Assembly (NCBI GenBank): GCA_051313645.2
Contig: JBNRSN020000007.1
Location: 247,132,001 to 247,196,000 of the forward strand
DNA: 64,000 nt
Reading direction: 5' to 3'
Source of the DNA: Centroscyllium fabricii
Taxonomy: Eukaryota
Shown: positions 38,601-49,494 of the stretch, in pieces
Position numbering within the stretch: position 1 is the first letter of the stretch
Layout of the letters: each line of letters opens with the position of its first letter
Translations under genes and position numbers: made by a program
The notes under the pieces: model-generated
The model's input: the letters and a program-made list of their open reading frames with translations, nothing else
The model's database searches: none
What the model was told of the DNA's origin: nothing

Positions 38601-39345
38601 GTCCATTTAAGACATAGAAACATAGAAGGTAGGAGCAGGAAAGCGAGTGTATTGGAGCTATCCGACCCCTCGAGCCTGCTCCGCCATTTAATGAGATCAT
38701 GGTTGATCATCCAAATTCAATACCCTGTCCCTGCTTTCTCCTCGTATCCCTTGATTCCTTTAACCGTAAAAAATAAATCTACCTCCTTGAATAAATTTAC
38801 TGAACTGACCTCAACTGCCTTCTGTGGTAGAGAATGCCACAGGTTCACCACTCTGGGTGAAGCAATTACTCCTCACCTCGGTCCTAAATGGCTTACTCCC
38901 TGCCATCGGGAACATCCTTGCTGCATCTAGTCTGTCTAGTCATGTTAGAATTTTATAAGTTTCAATGAGATCCCTTCTCATTCTTCGAAACTCCAGTGAG
39001 TACAAGCCCAATCGACCCAATCTCTCCTCGTATGTCATTCCTGCCATCCCAGGTATCAGTCTGGTGAATCTTCGCTGCACTGCTATTACAAGATGAAGAT
39101 GAGGAGGAATTTCTTCTCTGAGGGTCATGAACCTTTGGAATTCTTTATCCCAGAGAGTTGTGGAAGCGGAGTCATTGAATATATTCAAGGCTGAGATAGA
39201 CAGAGATTTTTGAGCAACATGGGAGTCGAGGGTTATGGGGAACGGACAGGAAAGTGGAGTTGAGGCCAAAATCTGAGCAGGATTAAAATCTGATCTCATT
39301 AAATGGCAGAGCAGACTTGAGGGACTGAATGGCCTGTACCTGCTC
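35625..39345 (+). mobile_element. degenerate CR1 LINE (end of ORF1, EN, RT) with an opposite-strand CR1 3' fragment nested at ~38612-39083
   Basis: NGYDLIAITETW, GVVYRPPN, KSPGSDGLHPRVLKE, RPHLEY motifs. Confidence 0.9.
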
Positions 39346-39916
39346 CTATTTCTTATATTGAAGCAGCTCCTCCAAGGCCATGAGCATTAGGAACTCCTTT
39401 TGTGAACGATATTTTTGAGCGCATCGCAGGTGAAGCTTCCCGCCTGGCCCAGCAGAACAAGCACTCTCATCAACACCAGGGCGATACAGAGCGTGATGCA
39501 ACTGCTGCCGCTTGGGGAGCTGGCCAAGCATGCTGGAAGGGACAGAGGCTATGACCAAGCTCAAAGTAAAACTTCACAATGAATTGAAAAACCCCACAGG
39601 GTCACTGAGCTAAAGTAGGTAGAGAAGGGTGCAAGTGTTATAATGCTACCAGAGAGATTACGCAGGATTATTTGCAATGTTGTAGAGATAAAAATATATT
39701 TTGTAGCAACACTGACCAAATGCTCAGTTTTGATCCTGCTACTACCCTGTTAACGAAAATCGCCCCCTTAGGAGCTTAAGATTTTTAGGGTTCACAAGAT
39801 CATTTTGGATGACAAAAGCCTTTCAGATCCAATCTTTCCAGAATACCAAGCCTGCCATTTCCCCATGACAGCATTTATTTCTTAAATGAACCAAGAATCA
39901 AATGCCCTTTCTGACC

Positions 39917-40720
39917 GGGGGGGATTTTCACAAAGGTGTGGGAAACTGGCGGGATTTGGGCGGATCAGGTTTCTGACACGAATGTTCAAGGGCCTGGGAG
40001 CCCCATGCAATTTTGGCTTAATTGGCCAATTAATTGCCCGTGTGTCAGAGCCCCTGCCAATTGACTGATTCCAGTCAGAAAACGGTGGCGCTGCAGCTGA
40101 CAGCCGGAGGTTTGATTGACCGGGCTAAGGACTGTGTGTTGTTAGTTTCTATGGAAACAGTGCATTGTGACATCACAGTGGAGTGCAACCAATCTCAAAG
40201 CCCAAGTGGGTTGAGTGACAGGTCTAAGGACTCGCTGGAAAGCTCTCTGTTAGGGGACGTCTCTCTCTGAAGCATTTCCATTCAACTGTCAGGTAAGTTT
40301 GTGAAAGGTTTTTTCCACAGCTGCTCTTCAGACAAGGGAGTCACTTACACCTCCAGGGTGTTGAAGGCTTGGAAGGCATTCTGCTACAGGTCCTTCAATG
40401 CCTTGAAGGTGAAAGTGACCAAGCCGAATGTGATCCCGCTAGGTTTCACCGGGGCTCTTAAAATGGGATTAGCCATGGCAATTAAGGGCCCCTAATGAGC
40501 ACAACGATCAACCCCGCCGGTGGCGGGCGGGAAAAATTCGGGCCGGAAAGACACTCCGGCCGAAAATTGCAAAGCGGCGGAGATCCGGCGGGAGGGATCG
40601 GGACCCAAAAACACCCCCCCCCCCCCCACCCCCGCGGTTTTCCGATTAAAAAAATAAAATAAAAAATTTAAGTCCCGCCCTGCCGGAAACACGCCCTCAC
40701 GGCCCTCTAAAAATCCTCCC
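39917..40720. mobile_element. probable short-TIR non-autonomous DNA element
   Basis: Ends GGGGGATTTT.. / ..AAAATCCTCCC with GC-rich subterminal blocks; similar ends at ~16513, ~23900-25343 and ~57094-57850. No clear TSD. Confidence 0.4.
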
Positions 40721-42819
40721 CTCTTAACAAGTCTATGTAAAGAAATGTTTCCTAGTATCTAGTCATCATGCCGCAGATGCGGCCTAATCAGGAACACTGA
40801 ACAACCTCAGCATGACCTCTGGAGATTTGCACTCAACTGATTTTGGAAATTTACTCCCAACATGATAAGGAAGGTCAATCTTGGCTCATTAATCCCAACA
40901 AACCTTGCATTCCCTCTATCACATCATCTAACTGTATCTTGAATTAATCTAAGGTTTTGCCCTAGCTGAAAGACTATTCCAAGTCACTGACATCTGACTT
41001 AAATTGTTCTTTCACTAGTTTTAGCCCATACCCCTCTTGGATTACCTTGAAACCTTATTTATACCAACTTCTTTCACTGTTAAAGCGCCCCATTTTCTCT
41101 AGTCTTTCTTTGTAATTCATTGTTTGACATCAGTAAGTCCAGTGGCTGTTCTCTACACTGTCTCCATGGCTTGAATTTTTGTCTCCCTTGTGTCTTGCTA
41201 ACTAAAACTTAATTCGAGATGTGGTCTGATCAGGGTATTGTACAGTTTTCACATGACACTTTCTGTCTTGTACTGCAGTGATCTAGTGATATATTGAAAC
41301 TGTACGAGGAATCTGGTGGCCTAGATATTGCCGACCGCCAGCTTGAATCACTTGATACTGCTCCTCGAGCCCAATGGGAAGAGTCAACCTCGCAGTTGGA
41401 TTTTAGTCGCTCAAGTCAGAAAAGGAGAAGCCTCGTTGATTGTCTAGGCGCTGGTCAACATCCACCAGCACAGACTTGATCCATCTGCTATTGTGCTCCC
41501 ATTTGAGCTCATTCACCATTCACGAAGTTGGGGGATACTCGACTGCGCCTCCTGTCAGGCATATTGTGCCCTACTCCCCTCCCATGGTTAGCAGTGCTCT
41601 GCAAAATAGCTCTTCCACATCTTTGTCGTTCAGATGCAGTAGCAACAATGGTGACTAGATTTGACCTAAAACCCTTTAAAAGTAAGAACTTGTAAGCATT
41701 ACTATATAATAGTCTTTACATGGAAACTAGACCATTGCTCTTTTTGGTGGTTTACAGGATTCTTGAATCTTTTGTATGGGAGTTCTTCACAATGAGGTGG
41801 GTGATCTGTATACGACCTACTCCTACAGACACCTTGCAAATATTCTATGGCTCTGCAAGTATTGACACATGACGTATCGTCAATAAGACAAAGACGAGTA
41901 GTTACCTTAACTAGAGGCTTTTAATCACTTTACAATGGAGCTACTCTCCAGTCGAACATTGAGTACAGAATGAATGGGGGCAGGTCAGACCTCACCTATA
42001 AGGCGCTCACCTGAGGGGAGGAGTTAGAGGTGTGGCTGACCTGACCTCGCGACAGTGTCGTTATACAAAACTACATACAATGCACCCAGCCACTATACAT
42101 GCTGGTCTGTAGTGTGCTCAACTATATACACTGGTAATCATGATTACCACATTCACCCCTTCTTTGAAAATTAAGTCCGGCGGGGTGAATGGACAGAACC
42201 TGTTATTGCAAGGAAAAGAATTTTTTTTGTATAGTATGAGTCCAGCTCAACAGTTCACAATGAGTCTCTCCGGCGGTTGTGTCTGCCTTGAGGACCGCCG
42301 GGGTTCTGGTAGCGGCGCTGGTGCCGGTTGTGGCGGCGGGACCGGGTCCTCCGGCCGCTGTGCCTGCAGTGTGGCGTCTGGTTCTGGGTCCTCAGCTGGT
42401 AGTGTCGAGGGCCCCGGTGTGTGCGTGTGCCTAGGCCAGTATCCGGTGGGTTGTGGTTGATGTGTAGGCCAGTGGCCGGTAGGTGGTGGCTGGTCGGGCT
42501 GAGGCTCGACCAGGGGCTCTGCTGTGGTGCTCCCGGCGGGCGCTAGGTCCCTGATGGAAACTGTGTCCTCGCGTCCGTCCGGGAACTGCACGTATGCGTA
42601 CTGCGGGTTGGCGTGCAGCAGCTGCACCTTTTCCACCAGGGGGTCGGTCTTATGGCTGACGTATCGTCAATAATCTAATAAAACTAAAGACGCGTAGTTA
42701 CCTTAACTAAAGGCTATTATTAGCTTTACAAAGGAGCTATGCTCCGGTCGAACATCAGGGACAGAATGAATGGGGGCAGGTCAGACCCCACCTATAAGGC
42801 ACTCACCTGAGGGGAGGAG

Positions 42820-44928
42820 TTAGAGGTGTGGCTGACCTGACCCCGCGACAGTGTCGCAATACAAAGCTGTGTATAGTGCACCCAGCCGCGACACATGCTG
42901 GTTAATATTGTGCAACAATATTACGGTGGTAATAGGCATTATATAACGGTTACCATATTCACCCCTTCTTTGAAAATTAAGTCCGGCGGGGTGAATGGGC
43001 AGAGCAGTGGAGGGGAGGGGGCCTTTGAAGTCCACGCTTAGACGTTCAAAGGGGCGGGTGGCCTTAATGAGGTGTGGCGTGTCTGGCCTGTAAAATTGGG
43101 GTTTGCACTCAGCGCAAACAGGGCACTCTCGGGTCATATCCTTGATCTCCGAGATGGGGAGGCTACGGGATTTAACGAAATGGGCAAGTCTGGTGATACC
43201 CGGGTGGCAGAGGCGATCGTGGAGTTCCTTCAGCCGGTCTAACTGGGCACTGGCGCACATTCCCCTGGACAGTGCATCCGGGGGTTCATTGAGTTTGCCT
43301 GGTCGGTAAATAATGTCGTACTCGTAAGTCGAGAGCTCGATCCGCCACCGCAGGATCTTATCATTCTTGATTTTACCCTTTTGTTTATTGTTAAACATAA
43401 ACGCGACCGACCGTTGGTCGGTGAGCAGGGTAAAACGCTTACCGGCCAGGTAATGACGCCAGTAGCGCACGGCCTCCACGATGGCCTGGGCCTCCTTTTC
43501 CACTGCAGAGTGGCGAGTTTCGGGTCCCTGTAGGGTGCGGGAGAAAAACGCTACGGGCCTGCCTGCCTGATTCAGGGTGGCGGCAAGGGCAAAGTCCAAA
43601 GCGTCACTCTCCACCTGGAAAGGGATGGACTCATCAACGGCGTGCATGGTCGCCTTGATAATATCTTCCTTGATCCGGGCGAACGCCGTGTGGGCTTCTA
43701 TCGACAGGGGGAAGATGGTGGCCTTGAGGAGCGGTCTGGCCTTATCCGCGAACTGGAGAACCCATTGCACGTAATAAGAGAAAAATCCCAGACATCTCTT
43801 CAGGGCTTTGGGGTTGTGAGGAAGGGGCAGTTCCTGTAAGGGACACATACGCTGTGGGTCGGGGCCAAAGACCCCGTTTTCCACCACGTATCCGAGGATG
43901 GCGAGCCGATCTGTACTAAAGACGCACTTATCTTTATTGTACGTGAGATCGAGCCGTTTCGCCGTGTGGAGAAATTTGGCCAGGTTGGCATCGTGGTCCT
44001 GCTGGTCATGGCCGCAGATGGTCACGTTGTCCAGGTAGGGGAAAGTAGCCTGCAACCCGTTCTGGTCAACCATGCGGTCCATCTCCCTCTGGAATACCGA
44101 CACTCCGTTGGTCACGCCGAAGGGGACCCGGAGGAAGTGGTAGAGCCGACCGTTCGCCTCGAAGGCGGTGTACGGGCGATCGGCTTTCCGGATCGGGAGC
44201 TGGTGATACGCCGACTTAAGGTCGATTGTGGAGAACACCTTGTACTGGGCGATCTGGTTAACCATTTCCGAGATGCGGGGAAGGGGGTAGGCGTCGAGCC
44301 CGGTGTAGCGGTTAATGGTCTGGCTGTAGTCGATCACCATTTGCTGTTTCTCGCCAGTCTTAACCACTACGACCTGGGCCCACCAGGGGCTGGTGCTGGC
44401 TTCAATTATCCCCTCCTTCAGCATACGCCCGACCTCCGACCTGATAAATGTCCGATCCCCTGCACTGTAACGCCGACTCTTCGTAACAATGGGTTTGCAG
44501 TTTGGGTCGAGGTTGGCGAACAGCGAGGGGGGGTCGACTTTCAGGGTGGAAAGGCCGCAAGTCGGGCTCCGCTTTAAGAAGGGATTGTCCCGGCTACTGA
44601 CGGTGAGGGGGGCCAGGGTCCCGCCGAACTCCATTGTCACGCTCTTCAGGTGGCACTGGAAATCCAGTCCCAGTAAGACTGGGGCGCACAACTGCTGGAG
44701 TATGTACAATTTAAAGTTACGGTACACGCAGTGCCTGACTGTGAGCGTGACGGAGCAGTAGCCGGTGACGTCCGCCGTGTGGGACTTTGAAGCAAGGGAG
44801 ATTTGGTAGTGCGTGGGCAGGGTCTCCAGTCCGTAGCGCCGCACTGTGTCAGGGTGAATGAAGCTCTCTGTGCTTCCGGTGTCGAACAGGCAGTTGGTGA
44901 TATGGCCGTTAACTTTAATCCCCATCAT
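42820..44928 (-). CDS. pol: Gypsy Pol (protease, RT, RNase H, integrase N-terminus), running into the internal LTR
   Basis: LFDTGS protease, YLDNV RT motif, RNase H (VESDA, EKEAQA, TDQRS), HHCC; integrase breaks after SVDFKGPLPS (~43005). IN C-terminus resumes at 42247-42656. Confidence 0.9.
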   Translation of the reverse strand: MMGIKVNGHITNCLFDTGSTESFIHPDTVRRYGLETLPTHYQISLASKSHTADVTGYCSVTLTVRHCVYRNFKLYILQQLCAPVLLGLDFQCHLKSVTMEFGGTLAPLTVSSRDNPFLKRSPTCGLSTLKVDPPSLFANLDPNCKPIVTKSRRYSAGDRTFIRSEVGRMLKEGIIEASTSPWWAQVVVVKTGEKQQMVIDYSQTINRYTGLDAYPLPRISEMVNQIAQYKVFSTIDLKSAYHQLPIRKADRPYTAFEANGRLYHFLRVPFGVTNGVSVFQREMDRMVDQNGLQATFPYLDNVTICGHDQQDHDANLAKFLHTAKRLDLTYNKDKCVFSTDRLAILGYVVENGVFGPDPQRMCPLQELPLPHNPKALKRCLGFFSYYVQWVLQFADKARPLLKATIFPLSIEAHTAFARIKEDIIKATMHAVDESIPFQVESDALDFALAATLNQAGRPVAFFSRTLQGPETRHSAVEKEAQAIVEAVRYWRHYLAGKRFTLLTDQRSVAFMFNNKQKGKIKNDKILRWRIELSTYEYDIIYRPGKLNEPPDALSRGMCASAQLDRLKELHDRLCHPGITRLAHFVKSRSLPISEIKDMTRECPVCAECKPQFYRPDTPHLIKATRPFERLSVDFKGPLPSTALPIHPAGLNFQRRGEYGNRYIMPITTVILLHNINQHVSRLGALYTALYCDTVAGSGQPHL

Positions 44929-45000
44929 GGAATTTGATAGGGTGTGCGGCTTAGCCTGGTCGACCGTGGCTGAGGCCGAAGTGTGTGTGGGGGCCCTCCG

Positions 45001-46203
45001 CTAGCTGGGGCCGTGCACAAGATGGCGGCGCCCGTGGTTCGCACACAGCCGACCGTGGTGGACAAGTTGGCGGCGCCGAGGGGTCGCACATGGCTGGCCG
45101 CTGAAGACAAGATGGCGGCGCCCGTGATTCGCACGCGGCGGGCTGCGGTGGCGGTGCCCGTGGTTCGCACGTGGCGGACAGCGGTGGCCGAGTCGGCGGC
45201 GCCCGTGGTTCGCACGCAGCGGGCCGTGCTGGGCGAGATGCCGGCGTTGGGGGGCCAGCCGCGGCCGTCTTTGGCGTGGCGGTGCCCATGCCGTGTGCGC
45301 GGCCGGCCTCTGCCGTATCAGGGTGGGAGACGGGGGCGCTTGTAATCTCCCCCCGGACCGCTGCTGGGTCGCGCTGCAACAGGGGCTTACCTGAGGCCAT
45401 GGGATGGCGTTGGAGCTCTCGCAGGCCGCGCTGTTGTGTCTGGAGCTGGGCGCTGGGGCCGACTTGCAGGCCCTGGCGTAGTGTCCCTTTTTACTACATC
45501 TCTCACAGGTCGCGGTCCTCGCGGGGCATTTCGCTCGCGGATGCAGTCCCTGGCCGCAGAAGTAGCACTTTCTGTCCGCCGGCGTCTTCGCAGCTGCCGC
45601 TGCCATTGTGGAGGTCTCGACCTGTCGTGGGGCCGCCCAGGAATCGAGGGTGTCGTGTGGGCCTTGGCCGCTATACGCCTCTAGCCTGCGGCATGCTCCA
45701 TCCACCGCGTTAGAGATGGAGATCGCCTCTTCCAACGATAAAGTCTCTTTTTCCAGCAATCGCTGGCGGGCCTGGCTGGATCTGATCCCCGTCACGTAGG
45801 TGTCTCGAACGAGAAGATTCGTCTCCTCCTGCGCCGTTCGTGGCTGGCAGTCACAGGCCCGGGCGAGGGCTTGAAGCGCCAACAAATACTGTTCATTAGA
45901 CTCACCGAGCCGTTGTTGTCTGGTCGCCAGCACGTGTCTGGCATAGACCGAGTGGACCGGGCGCACGTAGCATGCCTTCAGTTTCTCCACGGCCTCTTTG
46001 TACGTTGTTGCGCCGCATTTGAAGGAGTACACCCGGCTGGAGATCCTGGACGAGAGAACGTGGAGTTTGTTCCCGTCGGTCGTCGCCTTGGCGGCCGCCA
46101 TGTAGGCCTCAACAAGGCTGAACCAATGTTCAAACGTATTGGTGGCGTCTGTTTCCTGTGGATTAATATCCAGCTTTTCGGGTTTCACAGCGCCGCTCTC
46201 CAT
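45001..46203 (-). CDS. gag: Gypsy Gag
   Basis: 400-aa ORF with CYFCGQGLHPRAKCPARTATCERCSKKGHYARAC zinc knuckles; homologous to 60403-61725. Confidence 0.85.
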   Translation of the reverse strand: MESGAVKPEKLDINPQETDATNTFEHWFSLVEAYMAAAKATTDGNKLHVLSSRISSRVYSFKCGATTYKEAVEKLKACYVRPVHSVYARHVLATRQQRLGESNEQYLLALQALARACDCQPRTAQEETNLLVRDTYVTGIRSSQARQRLLEKETLSLEEAISISNAVDGACRRLEAYSGQGPHDTLDSWAAPRQVETSTMAAAAAKTPADRKCYFCGQGLHPRAKCPARTATCERCSKKGHYARACKSAPAPSSRHNSAACESSNAIPWPQVSPCCSATQQRSGGRLQAPPSPTLIRQRPAAHTAWAPPRQRRPRLAPQRRHLAQHGPLRANHGRRRLGHRCPPRANHGHRHRSPPRANHGRRHLVFSGQPCATPRRRQLVHHGRLCANHGRRHLVHGPS

Positions 46204-47163
46204 TTCGAAAATTTTAAGTGATTAAAATTGACGTATCGTCAATAAGACAATGATGAGTAGTTACCTTAACTAGAGGCTTTTAATCACTTTACAATGGAGC
46301 TACTCTCCAGTCGAACATTGAGTACAGAATGAATGGGGACAGGTCAGACCTAGCCTATAAGGCACTCACCTGAGGGGAGGAGTTAGAGGTGTGGCTGACC
46401 TGACCTCGCGACAGTGTCGTTATACAAAACTATATACAATGCACCCAGCCACTATACATGCTGGTCTGTAGTGTGCTCAACTATATACACTGGTAATCAT
46501 GATTACCACAACACACTCCCAGGATTCCGCTGTAAATATTGACAAAGTATGGGGAACCACATTCCTAATTTGTATTTATTTCACTGCCATTTTTTGGACA
46601 TTCATTTCAAATAAGTGTATATTTGTAAGACTGTAACATTTACTAGACCTGTTGCATAAGAGAGTTTTTTGCACAGCTGCCTTGGCAGCATGGGTTGGAG
46701 CTCCTCAACTAGGTTCTCGCTCCTGCTACTAATAGTTTTAACGTGGCCCTTGCAGGGCGTGGAGGGATCTGAAGGATGAAAAAGCTACTTAACTTTCTGC
46801 AATGTTGAGCATCCTTCAAACACAGTGATCTCTCTCCTCCCAACAATCCCTTTAGGCCCTACTCTGGTTTCTTTTGGGGTTGGTTTGGGATATTAAGGTG
46901 AAGATCACAGTGATAAATGCACAGATTAATGTGATAAACTATAATCTGTGCATTTATCACTATCACAGAAATTAGCTTCAGTCAAAAATAAAATGGAAAT
47001 TGAAAGTGGCATTGTAGAAAGAAATATCCCAAGCTTTCAGTTTGGGTTTTCTCAAAGTTTTGACTACAAGGTGAAGTTTTCTTTTTCTGTTCCTCTTGGG
47101 AGGAGAAAGAATATGTCTCTGTGCACTCTCTTGTTTTACTTTACAGTAATGTGTTTTTTTCAT

Positions 47164-47418
47164 TTAAGGGTTAAAATTCTCAAGCCAGTTCTGTGGTAAA
47201 CCACTAATCTGCCTCTGCAGAACTTGTCTGGGCATGCCTCAGCTGGCTCTGCCCCTGGCTCCACCCCCAAGCCCAGGTATAAAGGTGATTGACCTCCAGT
47301 CCCCCTGGCTTTAAGGATCGGTCTACCAGCAGAGGCATGCTCGTATTCTTTTGTTAATAAAAGCCGACTTGTTATACGTTTAACTCTTAGTCTTTTGGGA
47401 GTTACTGATGGCACATCA
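47164..47418 (+). mobile_element. possible solo LTR
   Basis: GGTATAAAGG TATA-like, AATAAA (47356), ends ..CATCA; 5' TG and TSD not clear. Confidence 0.4.
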
Positions 47419-48296
47419 AGTTCAAAATACACCTTAACATGTGGTGACTTGTTTTGAAATGTCATGCATCATGGGGATCTACGACTTGATGAAAATAATT
47501 TGTTTTGTATTCGCGGGTCTCTTTTCAAATCTCTGTATTGCAGTAAGAATTTTTATAAAGCCTGACAGGGAATGCGTAAGAAACTCTCCTTGTTCTACTC
47601 ACTTTCTCTTCCATGTCTTATTTTGTTCCAATTTCATCTATTATCTTGTTCAAGTGGCACTGCTAATGAACTATCCTGACCATATATCTGGCTCCTGCCC
47701 GTTGTTCCAAGCACATGCATCACATCTGTTTGCTGCCTTCCTAAGTAGTTCTAGCTCACTGTATGGTGCTTCTTGAGTTCAGAATCTTATTGCTCTCATG
47801 GTGCAGCACATCAGTGACTGACCTGCTCTGCCACTAAATTGTTTTGTGTCATACATCAGCAGTTTAAAGGAGTGAAACAGTACTGGAAACTGTTTTCAAA
47901 ATTGCATTTTACTTCATGTATTTGTCAGCATGTTTTGAGCTGCAAAAGTGTAATTCTGTCTTTTTCTTTTCTCTTCCACCTGCTTTTGGTCACCCTTTCC
48001 TCTCCCTCGTGCTCGCTCTCTCTCTCTCCCCGCCCACCGTCCTTGTGCTCTCTCTTGTTTTACTTTACAGTAATGTGCTTAATTAGCACCCTTTTGTAAA
48101 ATGTATAAATGTTCTAGAAGAAAAGTGTGTTGCATAAAAAAAATCATCATTTTGTGGAGCACTATCACAGTTTAATATTCTTGTATGATTCCTCCTTCAC
48201 AATTTTAATTTGCTCAGTCGTGGATGTTGATCACCAGTTTTCAGTTGTAGTGCTTCTTGCTCAGTTGAAGGGGAAGGGACGGGGGCAGCTAAGATA

Positions 48297-48754
48297 CAGG
48301 CTGAACACCGTTAATGCGGCAGGGTCGGGACCAGCACCCTGCCGAATTGTTGAAAACGCCGAATGATTGAAGCTTCAGCGGCGCATGCGCAGATCATTCA
48401 AAATGGCGGCCGCAAAACTTTGAATGGTCTGCGCATGCGCTTACCATTCTGTGGCGCATGCGCAGATCATTCTAAATGGCCGCCGCGAAGTTTTGAATGG
48501 TCTGCGCATGTGCTCGCCATTCGGCGCCGCATGCGCAGATCATTCACCGAAGCATCAATCGTTCGGGGAGGCCCGGGCATGCGCAGCCAAGCACGGCAGC
48601 CATGTTGCGCATGTGCAGACCAGTCGGGGAGGCCCGGGCATGCGCAGCCACACGCGGTGGCCATTTTGCGCATGCGCAGGGCAGTCGAGGAAATTGTCGC
48701 CGGACGTTTGAAGCAGCCGATATTTCGGGTAACGGATTAACGGTGCTCAGCCTG
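48297..48754. mobile_element. Tc1/mariner MITE (4258 family)
   Basis: TA|CAGGCTGAACACC ... GGTGCTCAGCCTG|TA; GCGCATGCGC arrays. Confidence 0.9.
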
Positions 48755-49494
48755 TATATATACATTGTCTGGTTTTCTCTAAAGTGAAGGATACACACCT
48801 TTTGCAGTATTCCAACTTTAAAATGGCATAAATCTGGGGCACACAGCTGGCAGATTCACGTGTAGGCCATGAAAGCGACTTGGAACCACCAATCACAATG
48901 CTGTAAAATGCAATTTATTGAGGCTGGATTGCTTTCACTGTAACTGGCCTGTAAATTGCATTGATGATTGTAGTCTGTTATTGCTGACTTCCCACCCAGA
49001 TGCAGACAGGTGCATTTAAATTGGGTAGTAAAGTTGGAGTGGTGCGGTAAGTCAAATTTTCTGTCATTCTCAATTCCGTAACCCTGGGCACTATGAATGG
49101 CAGGATTCCACAAGCAATTCAATTCAATTCAAGTTTTATTGTCATTGCAGAGTACTAGTACAATGCAACGAGACGAAGACTCGACTCTCCCGAGAGTAGT
49201 GCAAATAAATTACATGCAAATTGCATACAGTAAAGTACATTATCAGGCGTGCAGGTACCGGAGTCTGATGCAGGTAGCATCCAGCATTATTGGATAACAA
49301 GATATGGAGTTGTTAAACGGCACTATAAAAATGTGAATGAAGAAAGGATATCCCATCTAAAACACCTGGGGTGGGGGGGGCGGTAATTGAGCTGCTCAAT
49401 TTCGCAGGAGGCATTGGTGGCGCCGCGCCCGGGCACTAGTTGCTTTGCACCCCAATGGGAGGCGCAAAGCAACCAAATTTTTACGCCCTTATTA

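Larger units (their letters stand above)
41870..46510 (-). mobile_element. Ty3/Gypsy LTR retrotransposon (gag, PR-RT-RH, truncated IN) with an extra internal LTR
   Basis: 282-bp LTRs at 41870-42151 and 46229-46510 (TG..CA, about 7 mismatches by eye); 5-bp TSD ACACA; PPT next to the 3' LTR; diverged third LTR at 42657-42957. Confidence 0.95.
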
